In this document: positions 49,801 to 61,043 of the stretch, one piece after another
Numbering within the stretch: position 1 is the first letter of the stretch
Layout: each line of letters opens with the position of its first letter
From: Octopus sinensis
Lineage: Eukaryota
Reading direction: 5' to 3'
Length of the DNA: 64,000 bases
NCBI RefSeq assembly: GCF_006345805.1
Contig: NC_043012.1
Location: 16,554,001 to 16,618,000 of the forward strand
Position numbers and translations under genes: made by a program
Notes under the pieces: model-generated
Told to the model about the DNA's origin: nothing
The model's database searches: none
What the model saw: only the letters and a program-made list of their open reading frames with translations

Positions 49801-51030
49801 ACCCAATTTGCTAACTTTTCTGATGACATACTGGTGTCGATGAATGGTTGAATGACTGAATCCAAGTTTCTCTGCTAGTTCTTCAACAGTTACAATGGGG
49901 ATTTTGTTCCACCAGGGTTTGCAGGACATCTTCATCGAGCTCTACAGATCTTCCAGGATGATGCTCATCTAGGCTTTAGTTTCTGGCTCGGAATTTCTGG
50001 AACCACTGTTGACACTGGCTTACGCTTAGTGTCCGATCCCCATTCACTGTATTAATATTCCCTGCACTTTCCGTTGCATTGTTGCCTTTATTGAACTTAT
50101 CAAACAAAATATGCCGAATATGCTCCTTTGTCACTTCCGTTATAGCTTTGAAAAAATAACTGTTAAAATCAAACTGCACTCTTCAGAACTTGCACTAAGA
50201 ATAAGGACAAGGTAAAATTACTACCTGCTTTTATAGCAAGTTGATGCAGGTGGTTTATCTCGCCGCCCCACTCCGACTTTCCTTGCAGTTGAAAAAAACT
50301 GCATTATTTATGGGATGCTCCAACACAAGCTCTATGACTAAGACACATATAAGACAATTTTCTTTTTTTTCAATCTTATACAGTGGTAAGATTTCCATCT
50401 TATATACTTGGTACCATAAATAGAATGGACGCTCAGCATGAATGCCTTAAAAGCCCTAATGGTTCTGAACACATCATCATTAGTGTTTTACATCCGTTTT
50501 CCCATGCTGATATGGGTTAAACAGGTCATCACAGTTGGAGCCAGTTCCTTTTCGAAGTTACCTCCCTGTTTGATGGTTTGGAGACAACATCATACTTACT
50601 GAATCAAAGATCACATCATCTCATTTGTGCGCTCCCTTTTTACCCATTAGAGAGGTTTACATGTCTTCAACAAGACAAACCAACCATTTGTGTTCTATGT
50701 TGTCTTTGTACCAAATCCATTCACAATCAAAGCTTTGGTTGGTCTACGGCTTATAATAGAAGACACTTGCCCATGCAGTGGGATTGAACTGGAAATCAGG
50801 TGGTTTGGAAACTAACTTCTTAACCACACAGCCATGCCAGTGCTTTTTGGTAATATGTGCAAGGTGGACCAAAAGTCAGCAACACCAGGAGTCACCAGTT
50901 TATACCCCAAGAGACCGATAGAATAAGTACTAGGCTTACAAAAAAATAAGTCTTGGGGTCGATTTGCGCGACTAAAGGCGGTGCTCCAGCATGGCCGCAG
51001 TCAAATAATGACTGAAACAAATAAAAGTAT

Positions 51031-51067
<37 letters not shown>

Positions 51068-52127
51068 TTATTGTGCTTGTGTCACATAAAATTGCACCCA
51101 GTACACTCTGTAAAGTGGTTGGCATTAGGAAGGGCATCCAGCCATAGAAACCATGCCGAAATGGTCAATGGAGCCTGGTGCAGCCCCTAAACTTACCAGC
51201 CCCTTGTCAAACTGTCAATAAATAATGCTGTTCCTCAGCCTCTTTACATTTCTGGTCAAGCAGACCTATCTTCATTCCAAGCATAACAATTCTTCTGTTT
51301 TGAATTTCGAGGAAGCCATTACATTGTCAAATGAATTCTTCCCATTTTTTGGACCATTTCAATGTGATTTGAGGAAGATTTACTTCCAACTTCTACTGAC
51401 TCAATCAACCATGTAAAGCCTTTCTAGGGAAGCCGCGATCCAACAAACTTATGATCAAAGACTTTCCCACCATGACTTTCCCCTAGAAGCTTCTACATTG
51501 TTAATCAATCTTTCTGCTTTTAAGACTGGTTTTGGTGTGATTTGAAGGAGGTTAATCTGTTATTTCTAGCAGGGCAATGTTTAACCAAAAATCAACCATA
51601 ATCCAATACCCCTGTAATCAAAGATATTCCAGTAGTGACCACTCCCTTAGAGTATTACACTATTCAGTGTGTTCTCTCCATGCTTACCTGCTATTTCTAG
51701 CAGTTAAACGACTATGTAGAGGCCTCCTCATTGTTTAACCATAAGTCTGCCATAATGCAGCCCACCAATGATGAAAAGCTTTCCTGCCATGATCTGCCAG
51801 TCGTTTTCTATGTCAAACACAGTCTATCTTTACTCTTTCGTAACAGTAGAGATGTGATTTGAGTGAAATTTGACTGCTATTTCTGGGAGGTCAAATGATT
51901 ACATAGGAGCTCTCTTGTCTCAGCACTTTTAGTAAACTGATTTTCAGTGGTTAATGGGAATCTTCTCATAAACAGCTGAAATATGCTTAAATAAAGATTA
52001 ATATATTTGTGTGAGTGCATATGAGTGTAACTTTCTCTCTCTCTCTCTCTACATATATATGTGTGTGTGTGTGTGTGTGTATGTGTATCTATCTATATAT
52101 GTATGTATGTGTATCTATATATATGTG

Positions 52128-52174
<47 letters not shown>

Positions 52175-52476
52175 CTATAAATATATATGTGTATCTATCT
52201 ATCTGTATATATATGTATCTGTGTGTGTATCTCTCTCCCTCTCTCTCCTCTCTTCCTCTACATATATATATATATATATATAATATGTATGTATGTATAT
52301 GCATGTGTTCCATGAATGTGAATGGCTCATTATATATTGTCATTACTTGGCATTTTATAAAACTGTTGTTCTCCTGCGCAGGCTTCTCACTGACATTTAA
52401 CAAACTAGGCAGGACTGACACAAGCTATTTTTAATTGAATGATCAAAAATGTGTTCAGAATTTCTCTCTCAACAGC

Positions 52477-52514
<38 letters not shown>

Positions 52515-52739
52515 TCTTCTTTGTCTGTCTGTCTGTCTCTCCCTCTGTTGTTTGTCACTCTTTCTTCCCTTTTCATATTTGGTCAAATTATGTCTGTGAG
52601 CATTTTCATGTGAAGATGTAGGTAGGAATCTTTGTGTCTGTCATAACTGAACTAACTGTATATACCTCTCCTCTCTCATTGTAGATATATATATGTATAT
52701 ATATATATTATATATATATAGACACATACATACATATGT

Positions 52740-52781
<42 letters not shown>

Positions 52782-52850
52782 TACATACATATGTATGTAT
52801 ATATAATATATATTTATATTATATATATATATATATTATATATATATACC

Positions 52851-52881
<31 letters not shown>

Positions 52882-52896
52882 TTATATATATATACC

Positions 52897-52932
<36 letters not shown>

Positions 52933-53184
52933 AATGTGTGTGCGTTTGTGCATGGATATGCTTCTTTACTCTTACACTTTACTTTTTTACTTGTTTCAGT
53001 CAGTTGACTGCGGCCATGCTGGAGCACGGCATTTAGTTGAGCAAATCGACCCCAGGACTTATTCTTTGTAAGCCTAGTATTCTGTCGGTGTCTTTTGCCA
53101 AACAGCTATGTTACGTGGATGTAAACACACCAGCATCGGTTGTCAAGCGATGTTGGGGGGACAAACACAGACGCACAAACATAT

Positions 53185-53245
<61 letters not shown>

Positions 53246-53370
53246 TATATATATACAACAGGCTTCTTTCAGTTTCTGTCTACCAAATCCACTCACAAGT
53301 GCCTTCTACTATAGCCTTAGGCTGACCAAAGCCTTGTGAGTGGATTTAGTAGACGGAAACTAAAAGAAGC

Positions 53371-53442
<72 letters not shown>

Positions 53443-54344
53443 TGTATGTGTTTGTGTGTCTGTGTTTGTCCACCCCACCATTGCTTGACAACTGATGGTG
53501 ATATGTCCACGTCCCCATAACTTAGCGGTTCAGAAAAAGAGACTAATAGAATAAGTAGTAAGCTTACAAAGAATAAGTCCTGGGATCAATTTATTCGACT
53601 AATGGTGGTGCTCCAGCATGGCCGTAGTCTAATGACTGAAACGAATAAAAGAAAATATGTATGTATATGCATGTATGTATATATGTATATGTGTGTATAT
53701 GCATGTATATATATATGTATGTGTGTGTGTGTGTATATGTATGTATGTGTATATATGTGTGTATATATATGTATCTATGTGTATATATATGTATGTATAT
53801 ATATATATCCATCCACAAACAACACATGCACAATTACAAAACCTGTACATGCATATTGATGGGTGTGTGTGCACACGCATGCAGATGTGTGTGTGTATGT
53901 GTGCATGCATATATATATATATATATTATAAAGTGTTGAATTGGCAAAGTCATTAGCATCTCAGATAGAAAGGTTCTCAGGATTCATTCGAACTCTCTCT
54001 GCTCCGAGTTCAATTCCTTCCCAGGTTAGCTTTACCTTGTGTCAGTTCATTATATTCTGTATATTTTTTGTTTGATCTTTATTTTACACAAAGCCTTTCA
54101 ATTCAGCTGGTCTATTTTATTTTCCCTCTGTGATTACTCCACATTGGCAGCCATTTGTACCCTGTTATTTTTCTAATTAGCCACCCAATCAGATTTTAAA
54201 TGCTTATTCAATGAACTGGTATCTACAAAATATTGTATATACTTGCAATTTGTAAAATTTCATTATTCTGTATTATCACAACTGTTTGACGAACTGTCAC
54301 ATGAAACTCTGGAACAGTTTGTCAATTTTTTCTGGCTTTAGTAA

Positions 54345-54380
<36 letters not shown>

Positions 54381-57300
54381 TTCAGGTGTAGTGGTATTAA
54401 TAACCTGGCATTAGAACTTAGTATACCTGTGCTTCAGAGAGAAGCAACAGTCAAGTGTAGGAGCAGTAATGATAAATTAGAAAGACAAATGAATAAGGAA
54501 TTATCTTATGAACTTCATTAGCTCACAGCTGTTTCTGCTATAAGAGGCAATGGACTCATAGTTGAACGTTGTGTTTGGAGCTCTGATGAAGCTATAGTGA
54601 TACCCAAGTATTCAACTATGAGTGCATTGCAACTTGTAGCAGAAACAGCTGCAAGCTAATGGCATTCATAACATAATTGTTTATTACTTTGTCTTTCTAA
54701 TTTCTTATGTATGTCTATGTATATATATATATATAATATATATCTATATATATGTATGTGTATATATATATATATATATAGATAGATATATATCCCTTAC
54801 CTCCATATTTCCCTTGCTACTGTGAGTTAAAGGAATAGTTTTATAGTCAGATACTTTTCCTGTTACGCCATCCCACCCTTTTTTCTTTGCGTTTAACAAG
54901 TGTATTTTTTTTCTTTCTTTTTTTTGTTATTGCACTCTACTTCAGAAGCAAAGAGCTACTGCAATAAAGAATCACGGCAAACGTCAACAAATATGTGTAG
55001 ACATGGAATGTACACATTTGCATACTCATACACATGCATACAGATGCATATAAACACACACACGCATACATACACACACATGACAGGGTTCCATATTATT
55101 TTCATTCACATGGCATTGGTCGGTCTTAGGCCCCAGAAGAAGAGACTTGCCCTCGGTGCCATGCTATGAAATAGTACTCGAAATCATGTAACTACAAAGT
55201 GAACTTGTCCACATAGTGAAGCTCTTGAGTGTGTGTGAACATGTCTGTGTACAAGCAAGTAGGTTGGTGTCAAAAAAGTTATTTTATATACAATTATTGC
55301 CCCATATACAAGAAAAAAATCAATGAACCAGAGATCAATAACTTGTCTCTTGACTTCTCAGTCAATAATTAAGAGGTATATAGTTGTTGTGTGAAAATAT
55401 GAATTCACCATAAGACAGATTTCATTTTTCTCACAGGTTAGCAAAGAGCATTTCATCACAAATAAAGGAACGGTTGAAAAAATCCCACACGACATTCCTG
55501 ACAGCTTTGAGGCAGCTTGAGCACAAACATGTCAACCGAATGGACAAGATTGAAGTCTCTCGGATTCGAGTAAGAAAAATCCATGCACCAAAAGTTGCCA
55601 AGTTGGCACTGGAAAGTTCATCGTTAAAAGATAATGCTTTCTATGGTAAGAAAAATTTATTACTTTATTGCATTGCTGTGGGGTTAAGAAGTTTGCTTCC
55701 CAACTACATGGTCTTGGGTTCAGTCCCACTTGCTGGCAACTGAGTGTTTTCTACTATAGCCCTGGATCGACCAAATCTCCATGTGTGGATTTGGTATTTG
55801 GAAGAGGGAAATTGGAAAAAGCTTGGCGTGTGTGTGTATATATATATATATATCTTATCTAGACATCATGTGATGGTTGTAACTGAACATCGTTGTTGTA
55901 CAAGTGAAATTCTTCATTTCCAGTCTTCTGTGAAAAACACGTCTTGCAATGGGGGGAAATATTATGTTGCTTGGAAACAAGTAAGGATCGGCAACAGGAA
56001 AGGCATCTGACCATAGAAAATCTGTCTCAACAAATTCAATCTGACCCATGCAAGTATGGAAAAGTGGACGTTAAATGAGGAGGATGCTGATGTTGTTGAT
56101 GCTGTAGTTTAGTCCCCATGTCAGCTCCCAAACTGAACAGACATTCCAGCCATGACTATGCCGTCTTTTGGGTTGTAATCTCTTTTTTTTTCTCTTTTGT
56201 CTTTTAATTGGAAAAGAAAACAGTGCTCTTGACCCCATTAAAGGACTTCTGGGACCAGCAGGAGGGAGAGAGAGAGAAAGGTATCTTCAAAATGGAGATT
56301 TGGCCAGACTGACTAGCAACTGCATGAACTCTGCAAACGATAACTCTGGTTCCAGTGTCTGCTTTGACATGGTTTCTATAGATAGATGCCTTTCCAAATG
56401 CCAACCACTTAACAGAGTGCTTTTGCATGACACCAGCACTAGTGAGGTCACCAAATGAGGACCCACAAGACAAGATCCCTAAACTGGTTGAGATGTAGTA
56501 TTGAGTGATTTGGAAGTATGATGGAGGGAGAGGAGCAAGTATCTTGCTGAAGAGGTGAATACATGGCTTCATCATTCTGAAAGAGGGAGAGAGAGAGGTC
56601 AAGATACAAGGGGAATATGAGAGAGAGGCTAGGGATAGAGAAATAGAGGAGGTGGGTGGGTAGGTAAGTGTGCTCAATTATGAAAACGGTGTGAAGACAG
56701 GTGATTAGTGATGGGGGTTGAGCTGGATGCGATGAATATCAGTTTGGGAGAGAGGAAATGAAAAAGAAAAAGGAACTAGGAGTGGGTTGCAGGGAGCAGA
56801 TGCCAAGGGACAGTAGAAGGGATTCAATGTGAAGTGTAGGGAGGAGGAAAATGGTATCATTTACAGCACCTGATTGAGTATTATTGCAGAAAATTGATGG
56901 AGATTAAAAAGAAATCATAATGGTTAAAATCTCAAACTAAAAAAAAAAATGGGTGGTGGTCTGCATTGATAATAAGTTATAGAAGAATTTGTCACTCAGA
57001 TGAAGAGCAAGGACCCAAAATGTTAGCTTCTCTTTTTATTCTTGTTTTGTCTTACTTTTTTTTTTAGATTTGATGATGAAATTCTTGATAAAAAAAGAAA
57101 TTATAAAAGACATTTCCATTTCTATTCACAATTTCCCTTTTGTAATTTAACCAGGGATTCCTCAAATGGGTCGTGAAGTAGGGCGAGGCCAGTACGGTGT
57201 TGTATATTCCTGTAATTCTTGGGGAAATTATTCTCCATGTGCCATCAAATCTGTGATCCCTCCTGATGAAAAACATTGGAATGACTTGGCCATGGAACTA

Positions 57301-57405
57301 TTTTATGCCAAGTAAGAAACTTTTTATATTTACTTTGTGTTACTTTTCAATCTGAGCATTTCAAAGTATTCTTTAGTTACCATTTTTGTTGTGCATGGGG
57401 TGAGA

Positions 57406-57448
<43 letters not shown>

Positions 57449-59574
57449 GTTTGATATATATAAATGATTTAATATTCTCAAGCAATACAAGTTTTTATAA
57501 CTTGTATTATTTTGACAATACTAGAAGTGGACTGGCTCCTGCGCAGGTGGCACGTAAAATACACTATTTGAGCATGGCGATTGCCAGTACCGCCTGACTG
57601 GCTCTCATGCCAGTGGCATGTAAAAGCACCCACTACACTCTTGGAGTCGTTGGTGTTAGGAAGGGCATCCAGCTGTAGAAACTCTGCCAGATCAGATTGG
57701 AGCCTGGTGCAGCCATCTGGTTCGCCAGTCCTCAGTCAAATCATCCAACCCATGCTAGCATGGACGTTAAATGATGATGATGATGATAATTTGTTCTTTT
57801 ACCTTGTATTTCAATATTTCAGGGTTAAAACCCCTTTTTCAAGAAATCTTGAAATACCAGGTAAAAACACAAACCATCAACCTGCTTTATTTTTTATAAT
57901 TTGCATTGTTATGACTTTATGAAATAAAATAATTGAAGATATTTATATATGTATGTGTGTGGGTGTGTTTGTCCCCCGTTACCACCACCTTCACTTGGCA
58001 GCTGGTATTGGTTTGTTTATATCCCCATGAATTAGTGGTTCGGCCAATAGAATAATTACCAGACTTTAAAATTGATTACTGAGGTCAATTTGTTCAGCTG
58101 AACTCTTTGAGGTGGTACCCCAGCATGGCCACAGTCCAATTACTGAAACAAGTAGCGATGACAGAATTATTCTTCTGTGATGTCAGATGAATCCAGGAAT
58201 GAGAGGTGTGTGTGTGGTGGTGGGAAATCAAACCATTACAATTAGATACAATAATTCATACTTCTTTCTATGACTAATTTTGACAGGAATATTCCGGAAC
58301 ATGATCGTATCGTATCCATCCGTGGTTCTGTGATAGACTATATGTACTGTGGCGGTTTATCTCCAGCTGTCTTGCTAATAATGGATCGGTTACAGCGAGA
58401 TTTACACACGGCCATTAAGCAGCACCTAGACTGGTTAAGTCGGTAAGTTTCTTAATATTATTTCGTGTGTTTCTTTTTTAGGCATTGATTTTATGATCCT
58501 CTCACAAAACATCTGTACCTTTCCAGCATAAGATACTCTTCTTTGCCTTGCGTGCCACAAGGCAATGCCACCAGTGCTGGTGGCACAAAAAGCTCCTCAT
58601 ACACTCCAAGTGTTTAGTACTTGATTCTGAACAGCAACAACACAGAGCTCAAGAGGACTCATTAGTCATGCTGATGGCAAAATCACCTCTATAGTGTTGG
58701 TGCCATGTAAAATGCACCTAGTATACTTGTTAAAGTGGTTGGTGTTTAGAAAGGCATCCAGCTCTAAAGACCATGCAGAAAATGAGATAGCAGAGGAAGA
58801 CATTGTCATCCAACCTGCTGGATTCTGGATCCTGCCAAACTATCCTGCCCATGTCAGCGTAAAAAGTGGACTTATGATGACGACGACAGCGATTATTATT
58901 TGGGGTCTATAAAATAATGGGGTTGATGTAATCAGCTAACCTCACTTCCCAAAAGTTTCAGGCCTAGAAAGGATTATTGTTATTATTAAGGTGGCAAGCT
59001 GGCAGAATCATTAGCACCTTCCCCACCAAATGTCAGGCCTTGTTCCTATAGTAGAAAGGATTATTATTATTATTGAGTGAGAGAGCAGTGCATGCCATCA
59101 AAATGACACTGGGGTACAAATATACGAAGCCCAGTATACCCATCATGACTACCCATCTGATAAGGGTACACCAGGCACATGCATCACAACCATATGTGCA
59201 CGACATGGTGATCTCATAACAAGATAAACAGCGCATGACCTTGCGGGTGGGGCCCAGTTAGAATTTTCTTCTGGTTGGGTAACCCATCCCACTCAAAAGG
59301 TCCCTGATAAGGGTTGTTTAAGGTTTCCAGAGGTGAATCATTCAAACCCCAAAGAATCCCTCTCAACACATGGCTATGATGCTCCCCCACTACTTCTGCT
59401 CGTGATCAGAGATGCACATATCGTCAACCACTAAGGGACATGCTCAACTGGTTAAGGTCAAACAACTGACAAGCAAATCTGTGGTATTGAGCAGAATATT
59501 TGCTGTAGCCCATCTTTTATACCAAGACAAAACAATGTACATGATAACACTTCCAGTCAGTTAAGATCAGAAGC

Positions 59575-59613
<39 letters not shown>

Positions 59614-61006
59614 TATTATTATTATTATTATTGGTTTGGGAGTATAGATGGCTGAATTGATATATGGTGCTACTAGGTGAGGGATCAGCAGTTTGTATCT
59701 TGTTATGACTGATGCTGTTAAAATGGTACTTTGGGTGGTGCTGAGAGCAAATGGGCCTCTCTTTATTCCTTCTCTGAGGCGCAGGTGAGGCTGTGTGGTA
59801 AGAAGCTTGCTTGTCAACCACTTGGTTCCATTTTAGTCCCACTGCATGGCACCTTGAACAAGTGTGTTCTACTATAGCCCTAGGTCGACCAAAGCCTTCT
59901 GAGTGGATTTGGTAGACGGAAACTGAAAGAAGCTGCTTGTGTCAGTGGTTTGTTCCCTACCACTGCTTATCAACTGGTGTTTGTGTGTTTATGTCCCCTT
60001 AACTTCAACAAAAGAGAGCAATAGAATGAGTGCTGGGGTCAATTCATTTGACCTAAAATTTAAGGTGGTGCCCCAGCATGGCTGCAGTCTAATGATTTAA
60101 ACAGGTAAAAGATAAGCGCTTCCAAGCTAACAATGTTGATGATGGTATAACATATAACATCTACTTCACAATGGATTCTTCTGATTGTTGGCTGCTTTCA
60201 GCATCACTGAAGGAGCTTCTATGTGTTTGCTTGCTGAACTTGGTTGAAAAATATATATTTCTTTACTACCCACAAGGGGCTAAACACAGAGAGGACAATC
60301 AAGGACAGACAAACGGATTAAGTAAATTACATCGACCCCAGTGTGAAACTGGTACTTTATTTATCGACCCCGAAAGGATGAAAGGCAAAGTCGACCTCGA
60401 CGGAATTTGAACTCAGAACGTAACGACAGACGAAATACCACGAAGCATTTCGCCCGCCGCGCTAACGTTTCTGCCAGCTCGCCACCCTTGAAAAATATAG
60501 TAGCTAAAACACCCTCAAATCACATTGAATAATGAGGTCCAAGGTACACTCTTCCTCGGGGAAATAAAAAGACAGGATGGTCATGCCTTTGATTGTAGGT
60601 CCATTTGGTCAGGGCTGATGATGGTTGACAAGACAACAACAATAGCATCAACGTCTTTGTCATATCTGTCCTTCCCTTTATCAATACAGGTCATTTGTTT
60701 CTCTCCCTGAATATTGGAAATAGAATTATTACATCCAGTAATTACTGGTTCATATATCCCTCCTTTCCCATCCATGTTTTCTTACACTTTCCATCATTCT
60801 AATCTTCACTTTAACTCTGCCAATCTTTCTTTCACACACACACACAAAAAAAAAACATTCGTATGCCAAAAGAAGTAAAAACTAATATTTTGGGTGGTTC
60901 CTCTTCATCAGATATGCTTGTATTTATTTATTTATTTATTTGTTTATACTTACATAACTAATTCATACAGATGTAGTTAAACTGTCATTATCTTAACCAT
61001 TATAAT

Positions 61007-61043
<37 letters not shown>

